A DNA stretch of 64,000 nt, from contig JAHLTZ010000061.1 of assembly GCA_025786725.1 (NCBI GenBank), forward strand, positions 11,090-75,089. Reading direction: 5' to 3'. The notes under the pieces are model-generated. The model did not search any database, was not told where the DNA came from, and worked only from the letters and a program-made list of their open reading frames with translations. The DNA is from Syncephalis fuscata S228 (Eukaryota; Fungi; Zoopagomycota). Positions 26,201-40,900 of the stretch are shown piece after piece (the stretch's first letter is position 1; the number at the start of each line of letters is the position of its first letter). A program made the position numbers and the translations under genes.

Positions 26201-28956
26201 TCTGTGCTCGGAACACAAGCCAGATCTAGTGTTGGTGGCTGGCTTTAATGTAAGCACACGCCGATTAAAAGATCAAGTATTTCAACTGGTCAATGATTTC
26301 CACCAATCGGGCCGTATGCCTGAAGCTACTGTGGCATTTGCCGATGACGATACAGCCAGACTATATATGGAGTCACCACGCGCTAAAGAAGAGTTTCCTG
26401 ACCTATTTCCACTAACGCGTTACTGTATTGCCGTAGCTCGTCGTAGTCAACGACCCATTGAAGAATATTGTGCCTTGGAGAGTGGTGACTTGATAGCTCT
26501 CCAATGGCATCCAAAACAGAACCTAGTAAGTAGAAATATTAATATTAATATTAGTAATACAACACTCATCTATCTATCTATCCACTTATTAATCTATTCA
26601 ATATAGCTACCAAAGGATAAGCTGAATGATATACTTGAGCGTGGATTGTGCGAAGCAGTTAGTAAAGTGGGTGTCGATTTAATTCGGGCTACGGAAAGTC
26701 CAGCTCAAGCTCGTATGCTTTCGTACGTTTGTGGGCTTGGACCACGAAAGGCCGCTCATTTAATTAAACGCATTGAAGCAACGGTAAGTAGTAATACGCT
26801 AGATAACACTAGTAATTACTAATTAGTGGATAACAGGGCATTACTAAACGATCTGATTTATTATTACAACGTATATTGACCAAAACAATATTTATTAATT
26901 GTGCGGCTTATTTACGTATTGTACCATCCCGTGATATTCTTGATACCACACGTATTCATCCGTCCCATTACGATCTAGCCCGTAAAATGGCTGCTGATGC
27001 ACTTGATGTCGATGATCCACACGATGAATACGGCCAACCCTCCGAGCATGTCCGCGAAATGATGACTTCACGACAAACATATCGATTGGATGAGCTTATT
27101 TTGGAAGATTATGCCAAAGAATTGGAACGCGTTACTGGCGAACCACTCTATCGTATTCTAGTCGATATTAGTCAAGAGATTAAACAGCCATTCCGTGAAT
27201 TACAACGTACCTGGCATGAGCCACCACTTAACGAAGTATTTGAACGATTAACTGGTGAAACACAGCGATCACTTCATGTGGGCGTTATTGTTATGGCCCG
27301 TATAACCAAAGTGCAACGTGACTACGCCAATGCACAATTAGAAAGTGGACTTGATGGTCTTATCATGCGTAATAATGCAAATGAAACCGAGCCATTATCA
27401 ACTCAAGACATATTGCGGCCAGGAGAGAACTTGCAAGCAGCGGTTATTAAAGTGGAACAAGAACGATTCCTAGTTGAATTATCATTACGGCAATCAGATA
27501 TTGATCAAGCACGTCATACTATGAAATACGAAGCAGTCGACCCGGCCTTTGACCGACAAGCATGTGAACACGACGAAGCAGCCGCAGCTGAAACACGCGC
27601 CCGTACTGCCTCGGCATCGACACGAAACGACCGCCGCCAACCAAAACGTACAATACAACATCCGCTATTCCGTAATGTGACAGCCGCCGCCGCCGAAGCC
27701 TACTTGGATCGTCGCCATGTCGGCGACTGTATCATCCGTCCCTCCTATTCACGCGGCAGTGACCATATGGTTGTTGTATGGAAAGTACACGATGGCATCT
27801 ACAAACACATTGGTAAATAGCAATACATTTAATTAATTGATTAGCTATTTAATCGTACTAATGGATGGTTTAGAAATTGTTGAGCAACAATTAACGGCAC
27901 CGGGTCGACAGAAACGTGTATTCAAAGTTGGTGATCATATTTATTCCGATTTAGATGAAATGGTCGTATTACACGTTGAAGCCATGACAGCCAAAGCAGC
28001 TGAATTACGTGAACACCAACGATTCCGTACCGAAGCCGATCTAACTGCACTCCGTAAGTAGTTAAATAGATAAGACATACATACATAATATATATGATGA
28101 TAATAATTATTTGTAGATACGTGGATTTTGGCACGATTCCAAGATAATCCTAAACAATTTTTATGGCTTTTGTCCCAATGTTAAACGACCAGGTCGATTC
28201 TATTTATCATTCTGTTATAATGAGAATAGGGCACCTGTAGACTGGGTAAGTATCTATGGTGACATACGACGGTAACTAATCATACTAATTGTAATATAGG
28301 AAATTGATATTATTCCAGATGGATTCAGACTTAATCGCACTGAATATGTCAGTGTTATGGATCTAATTAATGGATTTAAAGCACAAGTCACCAATGCTAT
28401 GAAGCGTAACAAAACCAAACAACCAACCCAATCCGCACAACGATCATCTCGATCCAAGCCACATACGAACCATCCACCATTAATAGCACAGCCATCTATC
28501 TCTACTAGTCACTATCATAATAGTTCTAGTGGTGGTAGTGCTAATACTAATATGGCACCACCACCACCACCACCCATGGCCGTACCTAGTGGCGGTGGCG
28601 GTGGCTTCTATGGACATCCAGTGGCTGCCACGACGGCTTATATGACACAGCCCCCACCTCCACCACCACCTCATATGAATTACGGGCCACCAATGCACTT
28701 GCCAGGTCATCCATCATTACCGCCACCACCACCACCACCCGCTTCAATGCATGGATATCATAATATGATGCCACCTCAACATCATCAACACCATAATCAT
28801 CATAGTCATCAACAACATCCACATCGTAATCATCCACCACCATTTATAAATAATCAACATCATGGATCACGTCATCAATATAATCAAATGCCACCAAATC
28901 AATCAACATCATCAACATCTCATGGATATCCACCATTAGATATGCGTCATCGATAA
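23219..28956 (+). CDS. SPT6: Transcription elongation factor / histone chaperone Spt6 (apparent frameshifts ~25730, ~28158)
   Basis: Acidic N-terminus, [35 protein letters not shown], YqgF-like [16 protein letters not shown] Hh[10 protein letters not shown]1 domain, SH2-like [10 protein letters not shown]-rich tail. Confidence 0.95.
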
Positions 28957-29055
28957 TCACTTTCATTATTTGTGTTGCTTTTCAATAAATATACAATTAT
29001 TATAAACCAACTATATTAAACTGAAATGTAAATTTATTAATAGAAATAAAATGAA

Positions 29056-32000
29056 TTAAAAGATCATTTCGCGTTGATTCTTTTTGATAACGCTATCGAG
29101 TTGATCTTTAACGACCATCTCTTCTTCACGAGCCTTGGCCAATTCTCGTTCCAACTCTTCAACTGTACGGGCAGTTCTAGGTGGACCATGAATAGAAGCA
29201 TTAGAAGGTGGCGGAGAGCAGTACTATTGGACGGTGGCAGTAAAGTATCCGTCACTTGTCCATATTGCTCATGCTGTTGTTGTTGTTGTAATTCAGGTGC
29301 ACTTGTCCATCCTAGTGTTTCAAGTAATTTATCACGAGCAGCAGTAGAGAATGGCATATCATTTGGTGACAGGGCAGTTGATGGTGCCGTAAATAAATGA
29401 GGTGAATTGGACAATGCTCGTTGAGCTGATCGTACCAATTGATTAATCACAGTTGGATCTAAACCCAATCGATGTGATTCATCGATATTATGGTTAGCAT
29501 TATTAAGCATGGTAGCAGTAGCAGCGGCCACTAGTGGATCATGCCCATTACTATGTAGTAATTGCTGTTCTTGAGACAATGGATAGAATGCTTCTAGTAC
29601 GGCTGATGATATCTCTTCATTAGATGTTAATAAATGATGATCATTTGGAAAAGGTAGCGATATGGTTGTAGATGGTGTCGATGTCGATGTCGATGTTGTA
29701 GGTGGTGGTGGTGGTGGAAAGGCTAATGAACGTAGACCGGGTGCCATATTTGATTTAGATAGAGCCAATGCCTCAAACATTGAAATGGCCGCTTCAAAGT
29801 TGGCATTCACTTGAACAGATTCATGATCAGATACTGAAGATATAGATGCTGTATTGAATACTGTATTTGCTACTGTTGATGGATCAATGTTAGATTGAAT
29901 AACATCATCTTGAACCGAATTGGATGTTGTCTCTTCAGTAGATTTAACTATAGATCGTTTAGTTGATTTAGTTAAAGATGATTTAGATTTACGTTCCTCC
30001 TCTTCTTGTTGCTGTTGCTGTTTCTTTCTACTGGCTGCCAATTCTGCTGCTGCTGCTGCTGCCGCCGCTCTTCTTTTAGCCTTTTTACTCATCTTGCCCG
30101 TATCACTCATCGTAGATGTTGTTGTACTCGTAGATGATTCTACTTGAGGACATGGTGCCACTACTTTACCTCTACGTTCAGGTACATTTGCTATATTCTT
30201 TTTATGTTTATCAACTACTATTTGTTCATCTTCTTCATCTCCATCTTCTTCATCTCCATCCCCTTCATCTTCATCTTCATCTTGTTGTTCATCTTGTTCT
30301 TCACCTACCACTTGCTGCTTATCTTTATTCTCTTGACTGTCATCTACTAAATGATTCAATCTCTCTTTTCCATCTACAATACTATTCATCATTTCTTGTT
30401 TCTCTTCATTTATAGATGGTTGTTGTTGAATATCTATTAATGATCCTTCTGGTCTCTCATTCATAACATTTAATGGATCCATATTAGTTGAATGATCTAA
30501 TCGGTTCTGATTCATCATCATCATCATCATCATCATTGGTGTAGTCTCGTTGTTTATGCCAAGTGGTAATCCATGACTTCTTAAATGCATTTCCCGTTCT
30601 ATATTTAACATATCATATCCATAGGTAATGAATTGGGAGGTATATTAATTGGTAGATTATTAGGCGGAATCCACCATTAGGACCATTCATATTAGTGTTC
30701 ATATTAATGTTCATATTAGTATTAGTTAACAAGTTGTCATAGAATGGTGGTGGTGGTGGTGGTATACCTAATGGTAATAGGGGGGATTATTAGATGGTGG
30801 TGGTGGTGGTGGTACTAGATTGTGTAGATTAGAATAACCTTGTTGATGATGCTGATGATGTTGACTGTGATTATTATGACCATTTAATAAATTAGGATGT
30901 CCATTTAATTGATGGTTATGAGATGAAGACATTAGATGAGATTCTAATGGAGGCTGATGATCTATATTATGTTATAGTGTATTAGTATTTATTTGTTAGT
31001 ATTTATAGTATTTATAGTATTTATAGTATTACCAATATTGTTATTGTTATTAACAGCAGTATTTATAGCATTTGGATTGCGATTAATATTAGCTGCACCA
31101 AATAGATTCAATAAAGAAACACTTTGTTCTGGTGGAGGTGGTGGCAATGATAATGACGGTAATGGTGGGGTTGATATATGATCAGATCCTATTAAATAAT
31201 AAATAATGTAACAGGTTATTAATCTAATAGGTTATTATTAATCTATTAATATTTACCAGATACTTGTTCAAATACGCGTAATCGACGTCCAGGTAATTGA
31301 GAAGGTGATCCATTATCCATTCTACCACGTGATGCTATAATGGCTGGATCTTGCCATCCATTACCATTTGTATTATGATTATTATTGACAGTATTAAGAG
31401 GATTGTTGGTTGTTGGTTGTTATCCATCATCATATTCATCATTAAAGGTAAATGAGAAGGTAATGGTGGTGGATGTGGTGGATGGGATAGTGAATGTGGT
31501 GGATGTGGATAATTAGATGGATCTTGATGATAATTCATTGGATGATTTAATGGTCCCATTGGATCATCCATTGGTAATTGTGGTTCATTATCTATTTAAT
31601 AAAATTTAATATAGTTTAATATATTATATATTATATTATATATATTATATATATTATATTATATAAATGTTATAACTTACTGTGGAGTGGGTGTGATGGT
31701 TGAGAGGCAGCTGCTTTAAGAATCCATTTAAAAAGTCTTGGGCACTTACACCATTACCATTGCCATTAGTATTTTCCATTATATTCTTCTCTTCTAACTT
31801 TAATTGATTTGGATATCCATTAAATTGATTAAATAGATTCAAACCATTATTAGATAGATTAGATAAATGAGGTGGTAATGGTTGTTGTTGTTGTTGATGA
31901 TGGTATGATGTGGGTGTGGATGCGGATACGGTGACTGTTGTTGTTGTATGTTGTTGTTGTTGTTGTTGTGACATATTTCTCATCCATAATGGATTATGTC

Positions 32001-34465
32001 GTGGATCTTGTTCATGTAAAGTGTGTAGATTTGGTTGTTGTTGTTGTTGTTGATGTAATAATGGTTGATTTAAATGATTCATAGGTCCATTATGATGTTG
32101 ATTGAATGGCAGTGAAGGTAATGGCGGTTGTGGTGCTTGTGGTTGTTGTTGTGGTGATGACATCCAAGTAGGCGATGTATTTGCTGGTTGAGAGGGACTA
32201 TTACTAGTATTATTGCCAGTGTTACTATCTGATATAGATTGTGCAAATCTAAATCTAGATGTTTCTCTTGGTGGTCCATATGGATGTCGTAAATGTTCAC
32301 GATGTAACATGGCATTCTGATTAGCAGTTATTGATGGTGGTGGTGTTTGTTGTTGTTGTTGTTGTTGTTGTAACTGTGGAGATGCACCACCCATCATAAC
32401 ATCTAATAATGGATGTATTGGAGGCTGTCCATTTAATAATGGAGGTGTAGAAGAGACTGTTGGTCGATGATTAGGTAATAATGATGCTAATAATGATCCA
32501 CTAAGATCCAATGCCGGTGATTGATTGGCTGAATGGTGTTGATGTTGATGTGGTAATTGATGTTGCTGTGATTCACCTGTAAATGGATTAAAGTTACCAG
32601 CATATCCTAGATGATTTAATTTATCTTCATTAGATCTATGGAATGGATGTAAATGTGGATAACGTTGTTGTTGTTGTTGCAATTGCTGTTGTTGTTGTTG
32701 TTGTTGTTGTTGCTGTAGCTGTAGCTGTTGTTGTTGTTGTTGTTGTAACTGTTGTTGTAACTGCTGTTGCTGGTGCTGTTGCAATTGTTGTTGCAACTGG
32801 TGTTGTTGTTGTTGTTGTGCTGGTGGTAGTGTTGGATGAGGACTGGAATGAACTAGTGCATTGCCTACTAGATTCTGTAATAGAGATGGTGACCATGTTG
32901 CATTATTTAAAGGTATTTGAGAAGGAATAGTTGAAGGTGATGCTTTAGATGACAAAATCGATGTATTTGTTGTTGTGTGATGATCAGTAAAACGAAGTGC
33001 AGAAAGAATATCAAGTTCTGATGCCATTTGATTTGCATTAACATTTGAATTTGTTGTTTCTATCATTTCAACCATTGAATTAATAGACGTGTTGTTATTA
33101 TTATTATTAAGGGCCTGTTGTATGCGTTCATGCTCTAATCGTTCAGAATGTATGCGTTCTTGTTCAATTTGCTTCTCTATTTCCTTTTGTTTCTCTGCCT
33201 CTATGCGCTGCTGTTCTGCTTCTTCTTTTAAGCGTTGTTGTGCCTCTGCCTCTTCTATTAGTCGCTGTTGTCGTTCTGCTGCTTCTGCTTCAGCCAGTTC
33301 CTTTAATCGCTGTTGCTCTTTGGCTTCCATTTCCTTTTGCTGTCGTTCTTGTTCAAGCCTTTCTTGTTCAAGTCGTTCTGCTTCCAGTCGTTGTTTTTCT
33401 GCCTCTCGTTCTTTAAGTATACGCTCCTCTTCTAATTGGCGGGCCTTTTCTTTTTCGCGTTCTACTTCTTTTAAACGAAGTCGTTCTTTTTCAGCTTGGC
33501 GTTGACGTTCTCGTTCTAGATCTTGTAGACGGGCCCGTTCTCTTTCTTCTTTAAGCCGTTGTTGGCGTTCTTTTTCCTTTACTTGTTCCAATAGTGCTTG
33601 ACGAGTACGTTCTCTTTCTCTTTCGCGTTCAAGTAGAATCTGCTTCTGTCGTTGTATTTCTCGTTCGCGTGCCAGTTGTCGTTCGCGTGCTTCTTGTCGT
33701 TCACGTATTTCTTGGCGGGTCTTTGCCTCTAAACGTTCACGGGCCAGTTGTCGTTCATGGGCCAGTTGTCGTTCACGCGCCTCTTCTCGTTCACGGTTTA
33801 ACTGAGCCTGGCGTGCTTCTTCTTTGGCCTTTGCCTCTTGACGTTCCTGTTCTTCACGTTCAAGTTGTAGTTGGCGTTCGCGTTCAAGACGTTCTTGTCG
33901 TTCTTGTATTGCGGCTTGTTCAGCCTCTCGTTTGGCCTTACGCAGTTCAGCAACCGTCATAGGTGGAGGGAATGCTTCACGTGGTGGTCCTGAATACGGA
34001 TCAGTAGCCGAGAATGACGTAGACATTGGCGAAGTGGCAAATGGCGATGTTACAGTTTTGGCATCGCTTTTTGCTTCTGGTAATCGTTCTTTACTTTTAC
34101 GTGCCATATCTGGATCGTTTTCTTTATCCTTTCGTTTATTTGAAGAGGAAATGGGCATAGGAGTGATTGATAATGCTGCTGGCGGTGTTGATGGTGTATT
34201 ATCAGTACGTGGACGTGCCCATGATGCAGTAGCCGGTAGTGCTGATGCTATTATATTATGTTAGATTATATTATGTTAGTAATTATTAAATTAAATATTA
34301 TTAATCTAATTTACCTTCTTGTTCACGTAATTCACGTTCAGTCATTTGAACACCAAGGATTTGACGTGGTCTAACATTAGATGCACTATTCGAACGTGAC
34401 ATAAGACCTGGCCGTAATGATGTCTGCTCAAAGAACGCTGGATGATCACGTAGATTGGGTCTATA

Positions 34466-34496
<31 letters not shown>

Positions 34497-35578
34497 AAGT
34501 TACTAATATTAAGTATATAGATCTACTATAACTTACCGTAATGGTCCAAGCCCGTGTAAACTATTGGGATTGGCTACTTCATCCTTAGCATAAGCATCTT
34601 CATCTGCTGCTAGTTCGTGCAGATACATGCAGCCTGGACTTTGACATGGCAAGTTACGAAGGAAATTGGCACAGTATTTAGTTGTACCAAATGCCGCACT
34701 GTACAGTATTGTAATAAGTAAAATACTCCATTGTAGTCATTAACACAAATAACTACTTACCGAAGTGTACGGCCATCAAATCGACTGCCATCAACAGCCT
34801 GTACACATTGTGCAGCTGCGTCTTTACTTGAAAAGGTAACATAAACGCCTAATCCACCACTCGGATGCACTTGACGATGATTAATAACAAGTTTGGCTAT
34901 TTTGCCAAACTGTCCAAAAAAGTCTGGTCCACGTAATGTCTAGAATACAGTAGCAATTACTACACTGCTATACAAATGACTAAACTACTTACTTCTTCAT
35001 TGGCCACGCGTGGACTAAGACCAATAATATAGACGAGACTGCGCTGAACAACTCGTGCACCGGCCAGATTGCGTCGACTATTGGCCTCGGTCTCTTTCTT
35101 TGCTTGTTCGCGGGCCCGCTTCTCTTGTTTAATACGGTTAATCTCATCTTTTGACAATGGCTTGAATTCGACCGTTTCATCAGAATATGGCCGACGACAG
35201 GCCGGACATAACCCATTTAGATTCTGTTTTATATGATTCCAACAGAAGCCGCAAATCTATCATACATAAAGAGCAGCGATTATTAGCGATTAGTTAGTTA
35301 ATAGTTGACAGAATGTAGTAGAGTTAGATGAGTCGTTTGACAACGCGTAAATTCACCTGCAATGGCTTGTGCGGATGTATGCATAGAAATAGCTGTAAAG
35401 CCACTTTTTAAACGTATATCCAAACGCACACTCGCCATCTATGTAATGCATATATCTAAACTAATCTATAGCGATTACTACTTACACGATAGCCACACGC
35501 ACAAGGCTTGAAGTTACGATCCATAATATGAATCTCTTCAAGACATAGTGGGCATTCGGTATCCTCTTCGTCCGACAT
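29056..35578 (-). CDS. NOT4: CCR4-NOT E3 ligase Not4/Mot2 (C4C4 RING, RRM, C3H zinc finger, long low-complexity region, C-terminal coiled coil); several apparent frameshifts
   Basis: MSDEEDTECPLCLEE..FKPCACGYRICGFCWNHIKQNLNGLCPACRRPY; RVVQRSLVYIIGL; FFGQFGKI; FGTTKYCANFLRNLPCQSPGCMYLHE; C-terminal VEELERELAKAREEEMVVKDQLDSVIKKN. Continuity of the 29-34 kb part with the RING part is inferred across frameshifts. Confidence 0.88.
32663..32818 (-). repeat. (CAA/CAG)n poly-glutamine tract in NOT4
   Basis: Runs of ttg/ctg on the + strand encoding QQQQQHQLQQQLQQ... Confidence 0.9.
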
Positions 35579-36104
35579 GATAGTAACAATCACGGTACAG
35601 CCGGCCTCTTGCTTTATTAAAATGTAAAAAATAAGACTTTGCGCTAGTATATAGTCGCGAAGTAAGAAAAGGAGAGGAATCCGATGCGTGGATACCCTTT
35701 TAACAAAAAAAACAAGTTGAAAGGATGCCGTATAGCGTAGCTGGAGTGAGTAAATGAGTGAGTGAGTGAGTTGAATAGATAGTTCAAAAGAAAGAGTGTA
35801 CGATTGGTTGGTTGGTTTGGTTAAAGGGTCACTCGATCAAAGTAAAAAGTAGATCGCCAGTAAATAATCAGTAGATTAAGTTGGAATAAACGACAAAGAT
35901 GAACTATCGTCGTTGCTGTGTGAGGTATAATCAATCAGTTAATGAGAAAGCGTATGTGAGAGTAAAAGAAAGAGAGTGATGAATAGAAAGAAGAAGGGAG
36001 ACACTTCTTAGTACAGCTATAGGATATATGCATACTACAATGCCATACTGGACATGAAATTGATATTCTCATTAAACTGCGTGATACATACAATGTGCAT
36101 ACAA

Positions 36105-36128
36105 TGTGTGTGTGTGTGTGTGTGTGTG
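36105..36128. repeat. (TG)n microsatellite
   Basis: tgtgtgtgtgtgtgtgtgtgtgtg. Confidence 0.9.
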
Positions 36129-36312
36129 CGTATTTGTGCATTTGAAATATTGATCCCATCAACTAAGAAATTAACACAATTTAAATTCAGTTATTTTAAT
36201 ACATTAAACTAACTACTAATATTTACTAATAATTGATGGGTTGATCGTTTATTAATTGCTAATGCAGTGTATTATTATCAATCATTCATAATAATCCACA
36301 GTGCCTAGTCAA

Positions 36313-37853
36313 TTAAGCAGATGAAGTGGCAGCCATGTAAAAGTGAATGGACCCATCTTCACCGGCTGATACAAATCGTTTGCCATCCTCATTCCATGCT
36401 ACAGACCAGACCTTTAAATAAAGTATCTATTAGTTATGACTCTGTAGTAGTACTGGCCACTTACTGTGTCTTGATGTTCTTGTATCGTGTCAACGCATTG
36501 TCTTGCGCCCAAATCCCATACCTTAACCTTTCGATCGGTTGATCCACTTACAAGCTGTTGACCTGTACCGGCACATTGCAGTGTAGTAACCCAGCCTTGA
36601 TGACCAGCCAGTGATGCTATTCTATTACCATGTCGACTATAATAGATGCCACTATTAGTACAATGGACATTAGTGATGGCACTGTTACCTACGCATCATA
36701 TAAATGTATTCTTTGATCATCTGATCCAGTACATAGTAGACCGGATTCTGCATCAAATGTAATGGCTCGTACAGGCTTTGTATGATCTATTAATGCATAT
36801 TACATAGCATTAGAGACAATTAGTCAATTGTATCTCTAATTAATCTAATGACTACCTTCAAACGAGTAAAGTAAACGTGACGATTGCACTTCCCATACTT
36901 GTACCGCACCACTTTCTGTTCCACAAGCAACCATACTACCATCAGCACTCTGTAATTAAAAGCATATAAGTTATGGATCTATCTACAATACATATACTAT
37001 ATACTATATAATAGATAGATATAATAGATAGATATAAAGGATACGTAGGCTAGTGACATGCCAAACTTTCCTTTGCCTTCAAGTGTCGCTAATAGTTCAC
37101 CATTGTCGGTCTGCCATAAATGAATGGCTCCAGTACGTGAAGTGGCAGCAATTTGTACAGCATCTGGTGAGAAACGAGCACACCAAGCTTCTCCTAAATA
37201 TAAATATAAGTATAAATATTTAAAAAGTTAAATAGTCAATAGTATCGTATTATCAATATTACCTGGACCGGCTTCAATGGTTCGTTGTAATCTACCTTCA
37301 TTGACATCATAAATACGTAATTTATGATCCATACTAGTACTCAATGCAGCTATAACATATTAGATTAGATTAATCATATAACCTATCATGTTACTTACTA
37401 GTGCCTGTATGATTAACATCCACACTAACAATGGCCAGTAGCGCATCTTTCCATTCATGCTGTAACTTTCCATCAATAGCATTCCTAGTTATTAATATAT
37501 TAATACAAAGTTAATAGATTATATAATAACCTACCAACAACGTACTACTTGATCAACACCACCCGATATAATAGCGTTATTTGGATTATACCAGGCCACC
37601 GACCATACACCATCCTCATGCGCTATTCAAATAGATATATTAATGGATATATTAACAGTATTGTCGTTAGTATTGTCGTTAGTATTGACGTGGCTTTAAT
37701 CATTGGTATATAGTCTATGACTTCTACCTTTTTCTACGGTTCGTTCCGATAAATATTGAACAATAGAAGTTGGCTATTTAGATATAATATACACGTAATA
37801 TAAATATAAATATAAATACAAGTTACAGTTGAATATAAATAAACACTTGCCAT
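36313..37853 (-). CDS. SKI8: WD40 protein Ski8/WDR61
   Basis: ATG-only exon with GC donor (37850), then KAHEDGVWSVAW, IEAGPGEAWCARFSPD, GKFGMSLAY|SADG, LAGHQGWV, QVWSVAWNEDGKRFVSAGEDG. Absent from the ORF track (short exons). Confidence 0.9.
36950..37044 (-). other. U12-type (minor spliceosome) GT-AG intron in SKI8
   Basis: Donor GTATCCTTT, branch TCCATAAC (36977-36970), CAG acceptor; removal restores SLAY|SADG. Confidence 0.8.
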
Positions 37854-37999
37854 ACTGATTCAATGAAAATAAACGAGTAAAAGGAAAGAGTTTATTGAAT
37901 TCAGTATGTTTATAGAATACAAGTATTACTTTTCTTTTGTTATTTACTATTACTATTCTACTGTTATAGTATCAACGCTACTATAGAACAGTCTATACC

Positions 38000-40900
38000 A
38001 TGTCACACTCTTCTGCTGGCGGTCATCGTTCAGACCGTGTACCAATGCGCCCACTACGAGTTAACGACGACGTGGATGGTGAAGACGGAGAGGAGAACGA
38101 AGACTTGACTGTCTATACCGCCAATGACCGTAATACCTATATCCATGTTGAAGATCACGATGACAGCAGTGTTGACGAAGGCTTATTCGACGACGACGAC
38201 AACGACGACGACTTCTTCGATCCTGGTATGTCTACACGGCCAAAGAATCGATTATCGCATCGAATAAATACCGATACAGTGACGCGACCATGGCAATCGT
38301 TAAAGCAGCGCGGCGTACAACGTTCCTGTCTGGCAGGCTGTGCTTATTATTTAGACGAGACAGACCGTGGTCCTATCGAGAACGTTTATTACTAGCAGTG
38401 GCTGCCATTCTACTAGTAGCCTTTATTATTGTAATAGCTATACTACTAGCGAGTACACAATCAGCACCAGTTGATACTAAACAAATAGACACAACAGTGA
38501 AAACACACGAGGTAACCAATTAAAAGTATTTAAGTATTTATTAATTATAATGTAGTTTAATAATCAAACGGCCTGTCAAACGAAAGCTTGTTTAGAAACA
38601 GCAGCTGAATTGCTGTTGGATATGAACACCACTGTCGATCCATGTACCGACTTTTATGCCTATGCTTGTGATGGATGGATAACCAATAATCCACTGCCAG
38701 ATTCAAAGTCTAGATTGACCCGATTCGATGTATTACATAAGAAGAATAGAGCTATTGTTAGAACAATACTTGAAGGAGATCAGTCGCCACTTAGGACATC
38801 TAATGAATCAACAGAAGTCATTGCTGCAGATGCGCGTAATCTAGATCGATTACGTGTGGTGTATCGGGCCTGTGCTAATGATGCTCAAGTGGATAGTCGA
38901 CGTACTGTGCCAATACGTAATTTATTAGCGGTAGCCAAGAAGCCATTTAGCGGTATAAGTAAGTCGACGGATAGTAGACTGTAGTCATCTAATACTCTAA
39001 CGATAGATGAGAATTCAACGACACCTGAAGCATTGGCACAAGGACTGGCTCATTTATCAGTAATTGGTATTGAAGGACCATTGGCCTGGGATGCAGAGAT
39101 TGATGCCAAGAATTCGACACAGTATATTATGCGATTCCATCAATCGGGCATTGGTCTTAGTGATACGGGTGCTTATCGTCGACCGGCCGCCATTAGTTCC
39201 TACAAGTATCAAATAGCTCGACTATTTGCGCGTATTCTTAACGATATGCCTGGTGAAAATGTGAATGAAATTGAGCCATGGGTACGCGATGCGAGTCAGT
39301 TAGTGGCAGATTTTGAAGTAGAACTGGCCAGTCGATTTATGTCACAGTAAGTCTGTTGGATTTGCTAATTAAGCCGCTAATCTATTGTGTAGGACCGATA
39401 AAGATGATCCGGATAAGAGTTATCATGCTATGACATTAGGCGAATTGGCCGATATTATACCATCAGTGGATATAGTTGTATTTATAAAGACCCTCCAAGA
39501 TGAATTTATAGATAACTCTATTGGCGAATCTAGTCGTAGAAAGTTACTCGACCCATTACCGAAGATTAATCGAGATACGATTATTACTGTGGCTTCTGTA
39601 GAGTATATCAAAAGCTTGGAAGAGTTACTAAAGAAGACACCGCCCATGACATTGCATTGGTATTTGCTATGGCGCGTTATTGTCACTTTTGGTGATTCAT
39701 TGGATGCAGAAACGGCCCTACTTGTACGGGAACTTGGTGCCCTAGTGAGTGGTGTTCATTCAAAGATAGAAGCACGTCGACAAGACTGTATTACATGGAT
39801 AGAGAATGAATTCTCGCCACTAATAGGCCGTTATTTTGTTATGCAGCAACTATCAGGCAAGTAGAAGGTGTAGTTATTGGCATTGAATAGCTAATTATTG
39901 GAGCAGATAAGGCACTTGAGACGGTGCAGAATTTGACGGAGCAGTTACGCGATTCGTTTGTTACACGGGCCCGTGAACTTGACTGGCTTGATAATGATAC
40001 ACGCGATAAGGCAATTGAAAAGGTATGGTCAATATAGATATGGCAAAACTATTTACTAATGCTATGATATGAATAGGCCCATTTAATGACGTTAAAGATT
40101 GGTGCGCCTAGTTATCCCGATACGCGTTCGGCGATTGATTTGAATGCTTATTATGAAGCATTTCCAATGAATGTAACACATCATTTTGAGAATGCCGTGG
40201 CCATTCAAAAGTTTGAGAAGCGACGGCAATATATGAGTTGAATCGTGGGGTGCACCAAGGAGAATGGACTATGCCTGCATCAAGTGTTAATATGTACTAT
40301 GTAAGTACTATGTTATTGCATTAATGTGTTCTAATATGTGGCATGATAGTCTCGTTCTCGTAACTCTATTGTAGTGCCAGCAGGTAATTAATTAACACAG
40401 TAAAAGTGAATTATGATATATATATATTATTATTATTATTGTTATAGGTATTTTACAGTCACCATTTTATGATGAAAGGCATGCGGATTATTTTAGTTAT
40501 GGATCATTGGGCATGTTTATTGCCCATGAATTATCGGTAAGTGTACTGTGTTAGGATACTTGTCTATTTATTAAACTATTTGTAGCATGCATTTGATAAT
40601 CAAGGACGTAAATATGATGGTAAAGGTCTATATAGGGATGTAAGTAAAGTAATAAGTGTTGGTTAATGTATTAATATATATATATATATATATTATGATT
40701 AGTGGTGGTCACAAAAGACCAAGAATAGATTTGAAGAAAAGGCCAGCTGTTTCTCGGCACAATATGCTCGTTATACAATTGATGGACCGGATGGAGCTCG
40801 ATTAAGAATTAATGGCAAATTAACACTAGCTGAGATTATGGCCGGTAAGTTTATATATTGGATATTTACTATTAATTTATTAATTACTTTATTACTACGA

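Noticed and set aside
32636-33962. Antisense and alternate-frame ORFs over NOT4 (poly-V, poly-T, C/S-rich)
   Set aside because: Shadows of trinucleotide and charged repeats in the real gene.
21877-37853. IES6-SPT6-NOT4-SKI8 as a functional transcription/decay gene cluster
   Set aside because: Housekeeping neighbours are expected in a compact genome; no shared regulatory motif seen and no synteny data available.
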